DNA of 53,030 bases from a virus: the IMG/VR virus record IMGVR_UViG_3300012971_000007, positions 1-53,030 of that record. One strand, written 5' to 3'. A program made the position numbers and the translations under genes. Position 1 is the stretch's first letter. The number at the start of each line of letters is the position of its first letter. This document shows positions 32,860 through 41,612 of this stretch, in pieces. The notes beneath the pieces are model-generated. The model was not told the DNA's origin, did no database searches, and worked only from the letters and a program-made list of their open reading frames with translations.

Positions 32860-33035
32860 TGCACCCGATCGTCTTTCTCGTCTGCTGCTTCGCGGCCACC
32901 TTCGGCGCCGGCTGGTACGTCAGCAAGATGTCGTACCTGCGCGGCTACAGGGACGGGGCGCTGGACGCTCGCCGCCGGCAGTACAGCAAGAGCGAGAGCT
33001 GGCCCAAGCCCGCCAACGATGTGAGGGCGAATTGA
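32859..33035 (+). CDS. Single-TM small protein (58 aa)
   Basis: TGATG overlap. Begins MHPIVFLVCCFAATFGAGWYV. Confidence 0.45.
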   Translation: MHPIVFLVCCFAATFGAGWYVSKMSYLRGYRDGALDARRRQYSKSESWPKPANDVRAN

Positions 33036-33292
33036 CCACGCATCAACGGTGGAGGCACGCGAATCGGCTGATGAACACGGCCGACGGTGAATTACTGCGC
33101 CCGAAGATGATGGCGAGGCTGCTGGATCCGGCATCGCGCTGGGCGTGGGGCGGCTGGCCTGACGGCGATGACATGTCGGAAGCGAACCTGGACACGTATG
33201 ACGACGCGCCCGCGTACGGCGACAGCGAAGATGCCCTGCGCGTGGGGGCATCTCTGGCGCTGGATGGAATGGCCTGCGAGGAATTGCCATGA
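33032..33292 (+). CDS. Acidic hypothetical protein (alternative start ATG 33071)
   Basis: A TTGA overlap matches the coupling style seen elsewhere. In frame with track ORF 32801-33292. Confidence 0.45.
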   Translation: MTTHQRWRHANRLMNTADGELLRPKMMARLLDPASRWAWGGWPDGDDMSEANLDTYDDAPAYGDSEDALRVGASLALDGMACEELP

Positions 33293-33558
33293 TCCCGATC
33301 GTCCTGACCGAAGTCATGGCGGGCGACTGGCGCCTGGTCGTGGAGAAGGACGGCGACTACTACGCCGCCAGCGTGATCCCGGTGTACGGCAGCACAGCCG
33401 ACTACGGGACGCGGCTGGCCAGAACACCCGACGAGGCGATCGACAGCGCAATCGCTTTCATCCAACAGCGCGGTGATCACACTGACGCCGCTGCATTGCG
33501 AGACCTGGCGAAAGCCGAGGTGCAGAAAAACATCAAACGACAAACGGAGACCACATGA
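33289..33558 (+). CDS. Hypothetical protein (89 aa)
   Basis: Track ORF with an ATGA overlap. Confidence 0.6.
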   Translation: MIPIVLTEVMAGDWRLVVEKDGDYYAASVIPVYGSTADYGTRLARTPDEAIDSAIAFIQQRGDHTDAAALRDLAKAEVQKNIKRQTETT

Positions 33559-33998
33559 AGAACGGAACGAACGGACACAACGGAAGCAGATCAATCAGTC
33601 AATTGGTGCAAGACCTGGAGACGGAACGAGACGCCATCAAGAACCTGTCGCAGTCGCTCAGCGAAGCGCAGCACCGGGTCGAAACTCTCAACCAGGATCT
33701 TGCGGTGGCGCTCGGGCTGACGCCGGCCGTCCAGCGCGCCGAAACGACGCCGGTCAAAGAAGACGCCGCGCCGCCGACGAACGGCGTTCCCAAGAAGGGC
33801 TATTTCCGCCGGCCAACAGGCGAGCGGGAACGGCGCATCCTGTCGGCGTTGGGGAAGCGTCGGATGACGCATGCCGAGCTGGCGCAGGCGATCGACTGTG
33901 CGCCGGGTTCGCTCAGCTACTACACCGGGGTCCTGCTCGCGAAGGGGAAGATCAAGCGCCCCAGTCGTGGCGTGTTTCAACTCAATCGGAGCCTGTAG
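33555..33998 (+). CDS. Winged-helix DNA-binding protein (putative)
   Basis: A coiled-coil N-terminus is followed by the C-terminus ERRILSALGKRRMTHAELAQAIDCAPGSLSYYTGVLLAKGKI, which looks MarR/ArsR-like. Confidence 0.6.
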   Translation: MKNGTNGHNGSRSISQLVQDLETERDAIKNLSQSLSEAQHRVETLNQDLAVALGLTPAVQRAETTPVKEDAAPPTNGVPKKGYFRRPTGERERRILSALGKRRMTHAELAQAIDCAPGSLSYYTGVLLAKGKIKRPSRGVFQLNRSL

Positions 33999-34000
33999 CC

Positions 34001-35059
34001 ATGGCCCTGCGAATCACGAAAGCCCACGAACCGATCCAGATGAAGACGATCAAGACGTGCCTCTATGCCCAGCCGGGCGTGGGGCGCACGTCGCTGGCGT
34101 TCACGGCGTACAAGCCGTTGCTGCTCGACTTCGACAACGCCGCCTACCGGGCCAAGAACCGGGGGGATGCCGTCCTGATCGAAAGCTGGTCCGAGATCGA
34201 GAAGATGGACCAGGGCGACTTCGCCGGCTACCAGACCGTCGTCATCGACACGGTGGGGCGGGCGCTCGACAAGCTGACGACGGTCGTGGCCAGCAACGAT
34301 CCGAAGAACCGGACGCGATCGGGCGGGCTGACGCTCCAGGGCTACGGTGCCCTCAAGACCGAATTCATCGCCTGGCTGAACAAGCTGCTCGGCTGGGGGC
34401 TGGACATCGTCCTGCTGGCGCACCTGGACGAACAGCGAAGCGGCGACGACGTGATCGAACGGCTCGACATCACGGGCGGCTCGAAGAACGAAGTCTACAA
34501 GGTGTGTGACCAGATGGGCCGGATCTACATGCAGAACGGGAAGCGCGTTCTCAACTTCAGCCCGACTGACGTCGCCTTCGGCAAGAACCCGGGGATGTTC
34601 GACCCGATCGAGCTGCCGAGCGATCCGTTCTACGTCAAGGAGCCCCACTTCCTGGGCGACATCATCGAGAAGGCCAAGGCGGCAATCAACGCCATGAACG
34701 CCGAGCAGACGGCGGTGGCGGGGCTTCTCGAAGCCTGGAAAGCGAAGGTCGATGCAGCGAAGACCGCCGAGGAATTCACGGCACTGATCGCCCAGGGCAA
34801 GGAGCTGGACGAACGGATCAGGGACAACGGCAAACGTCTGTTGCTGAAGGTGGCCAAGGATGCCGGGACAACCTTCGACGCGGCGAAGGGGGCGTTCGTC
34901 GGGCCTGCGCCAGCAAACGATGCACCGTCCGCTACGGCAGCGCCGGCCAACGACACGACGGAAGCGCCGGCAGCAAAGAAGACCCGGGGCAAGAAGGCCG
35001 AGACACAGTCGGAGCTGCTGCCGACGGGGACGGACATGGAACCAGGATCGAACGGCTGA
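34001..35059 (+). CDS. Sak4-like / AAA_24 RecA-fold protein
   Basis: Contains KTCLYAQPGVGRTSLAF (a P-loop with Arg where Lys is expected) and TVVIDTVG (Walker B). The upstream 176 codons of the track ORF were rejected. Confidence 0.7.
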   Translation: MALRITKAHEPIQMKTIKTCLYAQPGVGRTSLAFTAYKPLLLDFDNAAYRAKNRGDAVLIESWSEIEKMDQGDFAGYQTVVIDTVGRALDKLTTVVASNDPKNRTRSGGLTLQGYGALKTEFIAWLNKLLGWGLDIVLLAHLDEQRSGDDVIERLDITGGSKNEVYKVCDQMGRIYMQNGKRVLNFSPTDVAFGKNPGMFDPIELPSDPFYVKEPHFLGDIIEKAKAAINAMNAEQTAVAGLLEAWKAKVDAAKTAEEFTALIAQGKELDERIRDNGKRLLLKVAKDAGTTFDAAKGAFVGPAPANDAPSATAAPANDTTEAPAAKKTRGKKAETQSELLPTGTDMEPGSNG

Positions 35060-35083
35060 ATCACAACGAAGGGAGACGACACG

Positions 35084-35749
35084 ATGGCGAGGCTCACAAA
35101 GAAAGAGATCGAGAAGTTCATCGCGGATCGCACGAAGCGGAACGCGGCATTCGCGAAGATGTCGCTGACGCAGAAGCGGATCACGGTGGCCAGGGATGTC
35201 CTAGAGATGCTGGCGACGAAGCGGATCAAGGCCACCGCTGGCACTTACTTCGCCCCGACGCGCGGAGTGACGAGCAACGCAAAGGCGGGTGATGATTTCT
35301 CGGATCTGATCGCGAAGATCCCGAGCTGCGACGCCTGCGCGATCGGGTCTCTGTTCATGGCGGGCGTGTGCCGCGCCGATCAGATCAAGGTTCGGTTCGA
35401 TCGTCGTCTGGACATCTTCGGGGCGCCGCACCGCAGGTGGAACGACGTAGACGTGTCAAAAACCATGGACGGCAACGACGTCTTCCTGGCCAACGAACGT
35501 GAATACCTCGTCGAGTTGGGCCTGTTTTCCAAGGAACAGCTAGCCCTGATGGAAAACGCCTTCGAGAATTCCGGATACGACGTCGCCAACCTGACGCTGG
35601 GCCGGGTCCGGTACGACCGCGATCGGCTGCGGCTGATCATGCAGAACATCGTCCGCAATCGGGGCGTATTCAAGCCGCGAGACAGGAAGATGCTGCGCGC
35701 GGCGAAGCGCCGCCCCCAGACGTCTCCGGATCATCAGGTGGGATGGTGA
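35084..35749 (+). CDS. Hypothetical protein (221 aa)
   Basis: Track ORF with gggagacgac before the ATG. Confidence 0.65.
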   Translation: MARLTKKEIEKFIADRTKRNAAFAKMSLTQKRITVARDVLEMLATKRIKATAGTYFAPTRGVTSNAKAGDDFSDLIAKIPSCDACAIGSLFMAGVCRADQIKVRFDRRLDIFGAPHRRWNDVDVSKTMDGNDVFLANEREYLVELGLFSKEQLALMENAFENSGYDVANLTLGRVRYDRDRLRLIMQNIVRNRGVFKPRDRKMLRAAKRRPQTSPDHQVGW

Positions 35750-36381
35750 TCCGGATCAGCGCCAGCGACCTGGAGTCGTATCGCTACTGGAAGGACAGCG
35801 ACGCCCCGCTGTCCGACCTGATCGAACGGCTCATGCACACCGCGCCGCCCACCCGCCAGATGTCGGCGGGGCGGGCGTTCGCGAACCTGATGGAGTCAGC
35901 CGCCGACGGTGTGCTGTCGCTGCCGCGCAGCGAAGGCTGGCTGTTCGACTTCAGCGACATCGACTTCACCCTGGAGCGCGCCCCGCTGCGGGAGATCAAG
36001 GCCGAGAAGGTCTACGCCACCCCGTACGGTCCTGTCACGCTGGTGTGCAAGTGCGACGGGCTGGACGGGCGGACGGTGATCGATCAGAAGCTGACCGAGC
36101 GCTGGGACGCCGAGAACTACCTGGACAGCTTGCAGTGGCGGGCCTACCTCGACGTGTTCGGGGCACAGAAGTTCATCTACGACGTGTTCCTTGGGCGGTA
36201 CAGCCAGCGAAGCGACGATGTCCTGATCACCGACTACCACCGCATGGCGTTCTACAGCTACCCCGATCTCGGGAAAGATGTCGAACGCGCCGTCGTCGAG
36301 CTGGCGTCGGTGATTACTCAATACGCGCCGACGTTGATTACGCCCGACGCGCAATCAATCGAAAGGGAGACAACGACATGA
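35743..36381 (+). CDS. PD-(D/E)XK (Cas4/RecB-like) exonuclease
   Basis: Contains CDGLDGRTVIDQKLT (D...DxK) and SLQWRAYLDVFG (QxxxY). Confidence 0.65.
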   Translation: MVIRISASDLESYRYWKDSDAPLSDLIERLMHTAPPTRQMSAGRAFANLMESAADGVLSLPRSEGWLFDFSDIDFTLERAPLREIKAEKVYATPYGPVTLVCKCDGLDGRTVIDQKLTERWDAENYLDSLQWRAYLDVFGAQKFIYDVFLGRYSQRSDDVLITDYHRMAFYSYPDLGKDVERAVVELASVITQYAPTLITPDAQSIERETTT

Positions 36382-37139
36382 GCGAGATCGAGAGTATTAC
36401 GAAGAAGGGAAGCCCAAGCTGGGAGGCGCACGAACTAGTGCTGGATGGCCTTCCGGACGAACGACTCAACGACGACCTGACCGACGAAGGGATCCTGAAT
36501 CAAGCCACCCTGGGACAGCTCCAGCCCGTCCTGGTGCGCGCCAACGGCAAGGGCCTGGAGGTGGTCGACGGGCGCCAGCGGGTCAAGCGAGCCCTGGTGA
36601 TCAACCACCTGGCAGGACGACGGGCCTACGACGGAGAGCTGACGTCGGTCAAGAAGGCGATCGCAAGGCTGGAAGGAACCGATCTCGGCAAGCGGGTGAT
36701 CGCCGAGGCCGGGAAGGGCGTCAAGGTGCTGGTGACGGTCTTCCGAGGGGAAGAGAACGCCGCGCCCCGGGCCGAGATCGCAGCCAACGAGCTGCGCCAC
36801 GACGACAGCCTGGCGCGCAAGATCAAGAAGGCGAAGCGCCAGGCGAAGGCTGGGTTCTCGCCGGAGGAGATCGCCGAAGACTTCGGCGTCAGCGTGGCCA
36901 GCATCAAGCGCTGGCTGTCGGTCGACGCCGACAAGCCGAAGAAGGTCCGAGGCAAGGCGAGCCAGGCCCCCACCCGCGCGAAGCTGTCCGGGATCGCCGA
37001 GCGCATGCTGGCGCCCGACGCCGAAGACGGCATGTCGAGGTGGGCGCTGCTGTTCGGCTGGCTCGCCGGCAAACAGTCACGCGCTGACGTCGTCGGCGCG
37101 TTCCCCGAGCTGGAGAAGTACCTGGGAGGCAAGAAATGA
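36378..37139 (+). CDS. ParB-like nuclease-domain protein
   Basis: Contains LGQLQPVLVRANGKGLEVVDGRQRVKRAL, plus a C-terminal HTH-like segment FSPEEIAEDFGVSVASIKRWL. Confidence 0.75.
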   Translation: MSEIESITKKGSPSWEAHELVLDGLPDERLNDDLTDEGILNQATLGQLQPVLVRANGKGLEVVDGRQRVKRALVINHLAGRRAYDGELTSVKKAIARLEGTDLGKRVIAEAGKGVKVLVTVFRGEENAAPRAEIAANELRHDDSLARKIKKAKRQAKAGFSPEEIAEDFGVSVASIKRWLSVDADKPKKVRGKASQAPTRAKLSGIAERMLAPDAEDGMSRWALLFGWLAGKQSRADVVGAFPELEKYLGGKK

Positions 37140-38125
37140 TGTCGTCCAACGTGATCAAGCTGCCTGGAATCAAAGAAGCCCCGAAGAACACGCCGCGCAC
37201 CGACCGATCCATCATGGACACGGTCTTGCTGACCCCGGACGGGATCGACCGCTGGGAGTTGCCGCCGTTCCAGCGGGAGAAGCGGATCACCCCGAAGGTC
37301 TTGGCCCTGATCGAACAGCTCAAGGTCGACGGCGGGATCGTCCCCGGGATCATCACCCTGGGCAAACTCGGGGGCGCAACCTTCCTGGTGGACGGCCAGC
37401 ACCGGATCGAAGCCTTCCGACAGTCGGGCCTGGGCGAAGGGCTGGCCAACGTCCGGATCTGCCACTTCGACACCATGGCGGACATGGCGGATGAATTCGT
37501 CACCCTCAACAGCTCCCTGGTCCGGATGCGGCCCGACGACTTCATGCGCGGGCTGGAGCCGACCAACGAGTGGCTGGCGTACATCCGCAAAGCCTGCCCC
37601 TTCGTCGGCTACAGCAACGTCCGCCAGAACGCCAACAGCAAGGTCGTCGTGGCCATGTCGACGTCGCTTCGGGCCTGGTTCGGCAGCGCGGGGGAAGTTC
37701 CCGACCCTGGTCCGACCGGGATCGACGCTGCCAAGACGCTGACCGAGGACGAGGCCCGCCGCTTCTGCCACGTCATGAAGGTGTGTCACGAAGCGTGGGG
37801 CAACGCCCCGGAGAACTACCGCCTGTGGTCGGCACTCAACCTCGGGCTGGTGTTCTGGATGTGGCGCAAGCTCGTCTTGCGGGAGAACGTCGAGCGGAAG
37901 CGCGGCGGGTTGGCAATCGCGACGCTGACCCCCGATCAATTCCGCCAGTGCTTGCTGGCGCTGTCGGCCAACGGGCGCTACGTGGAGTGGCTGATCGGGC
38001 GGCGCTTTGCCGAGCGGGACAGGTCGGCGGCGTACGGGCACGTCAAAAGCATCTTCGCCGGCCGGATCGGCGGGATGGGCCTTGGACGTCCGACCCTGCC
38101 GGCCCCGGAATGGGGCGGGCGATGA
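37136..38125 (+). CDS. DGQHR-domain (DndB/DpdB-type, ParB superfamily) protein
   Basis: Contains the literal FLVDGQHRIEAF and the upstream PPFQREKR. ATGA overlap with the ParB-like gene. Confidence 0.7.
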   Translation: MMSSNVIKLPGIKEAPKNTPRTDRSIMDTVLLTPDGIDRWELPPFQREKRITPKVLALIEQLKVDGGIVPGIITLGKLGGATFLVDGQHRIEAFRQSGLGEGLANVRICHFDTMADMADEFVTLNSSLVRMRPDDFMRGLEPTNEWLAYIRKACPFVGYSNVRQNANSKVVVAMSTSLRAWFGSAGEVPDPGPTGIDAAKTLTEDEARRFCHVMKVCHEAWGNAPENYRLWSALNLGLVFWMWRKLVLRENVERKRGGLAIATLTPDQFRQCLLALSANGRYVEWLIGRRFAERDRSAAYGHVKSIFAGRIGGMGLGRPTLPAPEWGGR

Positions 38126-38328
38126 CCGCGAGCACGAAGGAAAAACATCAAATGAAGAACGGAGTCACCAGGGAGGAGCTGGCCGCCATCGCGGCCAAGG
38201 CAAGCTGCGACCCCAGGACGGCGCTGGCATACCTGCACGGGCTGTCCGTGCGTCAGCTCGTACGGGAGCGCATCGAGGACGCCTTGGGGCGTCTCGGGAT
38301 GAAGGACCGGATCAGGAAGGCGGGGTGA
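38122..38328 (+). CDS. Hypothetical protein (68 aa)
   Basis: ATGA overlap. Confidence 0.5.
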   Translation: MTASTKEKHQMKNGVTREELAAIAAKASCDPRTALAYLHGLSVRQLVRERIEDALGRLGMKDRIRKAG

Positions 38329-38675
38329 TGCCGCCCGAAGAGAAGCTGAGGCTGGTAACGGACTGGGGCGAGCTGCGCACGGGGATGATCGTAGTCGTCA
38401 AGCCGTGCGCTCGCTGCGGCCAGCGGCACCGGCACGTCCTGTTGTCGGCCGGTACCGCCGGGGGCCTGACGGCGTGGCGGGCGTTCGAAGTCACCCCGGC
38501 CCCGTCGTGCTTCCGGGGCAGGACCCCGGGTCTGTGCGAAGACGCAATCCCACGTCGGAACGTGTTCATCGTCGTTGACGGTCTGGACATCCAGCGGGAC
38601 ACCCGTGAACTGGTCGAAGACATCCACGGCGCCCAGGTGCGCGACGTCAAGCGCAGGGCCGGGAAGGTTCGCTGA
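38328..38675 (+). CDS. Hypothetical protein (115 aa)
   Basis: TGATG overlap. Contains a CARCG motif. Confidence 0.55.
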   Translation: MPPEEKLRLVTDWGELRTGMIVVVKPCARCGQRHRHVLLSAGTAGGLTAWRAFEVTPAPSCFRGRTPGLCEDAIPRRNVFIVVDGLDIQRDTRELVEDIHGAQVRDVKRRAGKVR

Positions 38676-38899
38676 TGGCCATCGCCGGCTACGAATCGGT
38701 GCAGGTCTTCTCGGCGACGAAGTTCATGGACCGGGATGCCCTGGGCGAGAAGGTCTCGGCGTGGCTGTCGACGCACGGCAAGGAGCTGGAGGTGGTCGAC
38801 ACCGCCGTGTTGCAGTCGTCCGATAGCAGCTATCACTGCATCACGATAATCGTTTTTCTGCGCCGCAGGGCGCGGGCGGCAGCCGGAAAGGCGGCGTGA
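38675..38899 (+). CDS. Hypothetical protein (74 aa)
   Basis: Track ORF with a TGATG overlap. Confidence 0.5.
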   Translation: MAIAGYESVQVFSATKFMDRDALGEKVSAWLSTHGKELEVVDTAVLQSSDSSYHCITIIVFLRRRARAAAGKAA

Positions 38900-39141
38900 T
38901 GGACGAAGGAACCTGCAAGGGCTGCGGCGCCAAGATCAACTGGGTCAAGATGGCGAAGACCGGCAAGGCGATGCCGATCGATCCGGAGCCGAACATCGAC
39001 GGCAACATCATCCTGGTTGACTTCGGTGGGACGGTCGGGATCCAGGCGGCGATGGCTGAAGTTGGGTTCTCGACGCCGCAGTACATCTCCCACTTCGCGA
39101 CCTGCCCGAAGCACGCCGAATTCAGGAAGGCGAAGCGATGA
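38896..39141 (+). CDS. Zinc-finger small protein (81 aa)
   Basis: Contains CKGCGAKINW...GKAMPID...HFATCPKH. Confidence 0.6.
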   Translation: MMDEGTCKGCGAKINWVKMAKTGKAMPIDPEPNIDGNIILVDFGGTVGIQAAMAEVGFSTPQYISHFATCPKHAEFRKAKR

Positions 39142-39605
39142 CCTGGCTCGCCATCGATCCCGGTCCCGAACAGTCGGCCTGGGTGGTCTACGAGGCCGGC
39201 AAGGTCATCGCCAAGGCCAAGGCGTCCAACCAAGTCACCTGGACGATGCTGAACGAGATCAAGGTCGACGCCGTGGCGATCGAGATGGTGCAGTCCTTCG
39301 GGATGGCGGTCGGGGCCGAGGTGTTCGAGACGGTCTTCTGGATCGGCCGGTTCTACGAACGCGCCTTCTGGCGGGCGATCCCCGTGCATCGGATCTTCCG
39401 CAAGGACGTCAAGATGCACCTTTGTCAGTCGATGCGCGCCAAGGATCCGAACATCCGTCAGGCCCTGATCGATCGGCTAGGCGCACCTGGAACGAAGAAG
39501 AACCCAGGGGCCACGTTTGGCGTTTCTGGTGACTGCTGGAGCGCGCTAGCCGTGGCGGTCACGGCATCAGACCGGATCACACCAGAATCAGGAAGGGAGC
39601 GATGA
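39138..39605 (+). CDS. RuvC-like Holliday junction resolvase (putative)
   Basis: Contains WLAIDPGPEQSAW, VDAVAIEMV and GDCWSALAVA, placing acidic residues as in RuvC. Confidence 0.6.
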   Translation: MTWLAIDPGPEQSAWVVYEAGKVIAKAKASNQVTWTMLNEIKVDAVAIEMVQSFGMAVGAEVFETVFWIGRFYERAFWRAIPVHRIFRKDVKMHLCQSMRAKDPNIRQALIDRLGAPGTKKNPGATFGVSGDCWSALAVAVTASDRITPESGRER

Positions 39606-39694
39606 GCATGGAGAAGCCAGCGGAGCGCACCATGGGGGTGAGCGAGCCGATCAAGCAACGGACGGCGTACTTCACTAGGAGCGTGAAGCCGTGA
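39602..39694 (+). CDS. Possible 30-aa mini-ORF
   Basis: The only support is ATGA and GTGA overlaps on both sides. Confidence 0.3.
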   Translation: MSMEKPAERTMGVSEPIKQRTAYFTRSVKP

Positions 39695-39900
39695 GCAGCG
39701 ACTCGCCACCTCCGATCTGGTACGAACCACCGCCGGAACCGGCACCGACGTGTTCAGGCTATCCATGGACCTATCGCTGCCACGAAGACGCTTCGACGAC
39801 GCGGGACTTCGAAGACATCGACGACGTTCCGCTTTGCCAAGCCTGCGCGGCCCAACGTGACGCCGATGTCCGAGAGAACGTGGAAGGTAGGGAGCCGTGA
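39691..39900 (+). CDS. Hypothetical protein (69 aa)
   Basis: Track ORF with a GTGA overlap. Confidence 0.5.
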   Translation: MSSDSPPPIWYEPPPEPAPTCSGYPWTYRCHEDASTTRDFEDIDDVPLCQACAAQRDADVRENVEGREP

Positions 39901-40556
39901 GCGAACACAAAGAGATGCCGAGGTCCGATGGGAACGGCGGCGACAACTCGGGCAACGCTCAACGAAGGGACAAAATCCCAGCCCACAAAGAGAGCGGGGA
40001 AGCGGTGAGGGGGCTGGTGGAGGCGCTGGATAAAGCTGACCTACTACTGCGGGAGATGGCTGGCGTCGACCTATCTGCCATCACACCGGAAGGGCTGGCC
40101 GACTTCGTACGCCGCTGTCAACGCTTGACGCAGGGTGAACTATACGACGCTCGCCGCGCCTACCGCGAAGCTACCGCGACTCCCCCGGCGAGGTCTGCCG
40201 CAAATGAGCCCCGGGCTCTACCTGGGGCACGGTGGGTGGCCTGCGACCATTTGGGGTGCCCAGCGTCGTTCCCACGCTCGACAGCTCCGCATCGTGTCGA
40301 GTGTGATCGCCTAACCGCCGCCATCGAAGCTCGCGACGCCCAGCATGCCGCCGACCGCGCCGCTCTCACTGCCCGTATCGTGGAGGCCGAGAAGCTGCTG
40401 GATGCTCACACGCCCGGGAAGTCGTCGGGTAACTGCGCCGACGCTGGTAAGTTCCCGTCTCTTTGCCTCTGGCACAAAAGCTGGGGCCAATGCTGGGAGC
40501 ACCGTCGCCGCGCCTTCCTCGCCCCACCCCAAGTAGATCCGACGGGGGAGCCGTAG
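39897..40556 (+). CDS. Hypothetical protein (219 aa)
   Basis: Track ORF with a GTGA overlap. Confidence 0.6.
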   Translation: MSEHKEMPRSDGNGGDNSGNAQRRDKIPAHKESGEAVRGLVEALDKADLLLREMAGVDLSAITPEGLADFVRRCQRLTQGELYDARRAYREATATPPARSAANEPRALPGARWVACDHLGCPASFPRSTAPHRVECDRLTAAIEARDAQHAADRAALTARIVEAEKLLDAHTPGKSSGNCADAGKFPSLCLWHKSWGQCWEHRRRAFLAPPQVDPTGEP

Positions 40557-40557
40557 C

Positions 40558-40743
40558 ATGGGCCTCGGTAAGATGTTGCGCGACTGGTGGCACTGGAATG
40601 GCGTGTCTCGTTGCTGGACCTGTCGCCGCTTCTTCTGGACACACGCCTTTTGGAATCCATGGGGCCCGGGGCGCGGCCCTGGGCTTTGCTGTTCCGAGGA
40701 ATGCTGTAACCGAGTCAGGCCCAGAGAGGAGACGGTAGGGTGA
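40558..40743 (+). CDS. Trp/Cys-rich small protein (61 aa)
   Basis: Track ORF. Contains WWHWNGVSRCWTCRRFFW...CCSEECC. Confidence 0.45.
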   Translation: MGLGKMLRDWWHWNGVSRCWTCRRFFWTHAFWNPWGPGRGPGLCCSEECCNRVRPREETVG

Positions 40744-41612
40744 GCGACGAGGTACGGCTAGCTGGACGTCGGGTTGTCGCCAGCATTTCAGGCGGCAAGG
40801 ATTCGGCCGCTCTTTCGCTCTGGCTGACAGAGCAGGGCATCGAGCACGATCGGGTCTTTGCTGACACGGGCTGGGAGCATTCGGCGACCTATGAATATCT
40901 GCGCGGCCCGCTGACGGCAAAGCTTGGACCGATTGCCGAGGTGAAAGGCCGCGACGGCGGAATGGTGCCGCTGATCCAGCGCAAGAAATTGTTCCCCTCT
41001 CGGTTGATCCGGTTCTGCACCGAGGAACTCAAGGTGATGCCACTGGCCGAGTACGTGCGCCAGCGTCAGGATCAATACGGCGAAGTCGTCAACGCCGTCG
41101 GAATCCGTGCCGCCGAATCGGAGGCCCGCGCCAAGCTGACAGAGTGGGAATGGTCGGACGCCTTCGACTGCTATGTCTGGCGACCGCTGCTGGCCTGGAC
41201 CGAGCAGGATGTGATCGACATCCACCGCCGTCACGGGCTGGCGCCGAATCCGCTCTATCTTCGCGGCGCAACCCGTGTCGGCTGCTGGCCCTGTATCTTC
41301 GCTCGGAAGGCCGAGATCAAGCTTGTGGCCGAGCTATCGCCCGAACGCATCGACGCGATACGCGAACTCGAACTCTCATTGCCTCCCATGGCTCCGACGG
41401 ACGAGCATCCCGCGCCGCTGCCGCGTACCTACTTCCACGGCAAGACAACGCGCGAAGGGATGCCGCATCCCATCGACGAAGTTGTCGAATGGAGCCGCAC
41501 GGCCCGAGGCGGCAAGCAATTCCTGCTGCTGGACACTGAACCGCCCGGCTGCATCCGCTGGGGCCTTTGCGAATCCCATCCCACCCCCAAGAAAGCCGAG
41601 AGCCATGAGTGA
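40740..41612 (+). CDS. PP-loop ATP pyrophosphatase, PAPS-reductase / DndC-IbrA-like family
   Basis: Contains SGGKDS (PP-loop), FADTGWEHSATYEY, GIRAAESEARA and NPLYLRGATRVGCWPC. Confidence 0.85.
   Translation: MSDEVRLAGRRVVASISGGKDSAALSLWLTEQGIEHDRVFADTGWEHSATYEYLRGPLTAKLGPIAEVKGRDGGMVPLIQRKKLFPSRLIRFCTEELKVMPLAEYVRQRQDQYGEVVNAVGIRAAESEARAKLTEWEWSDAFDCYVWRPLLAWTEQDVIDIHRRHGLAPNPLYLRGATRVGCWPCIFARKAEIKLVAELSPERIDAIRELELSLPPMAPTDEHPAPLPRTYFHGKTTREGMPHPIDEVVEWSRTARGGKQFLLLDTEPPGCIRWGLCESHPTPKKAESHE

Noticed and set aside
33473-34000. 176-codon N-terminal extension of the Sak4-like ORF in the six-frame track.
   Set aside because: It overlaps two well-supported genes in other frames (33289-33558 and 33555-33998). 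Its composition is Arg/Pro-rich. ATG 34001 directly follows the upstream stop.
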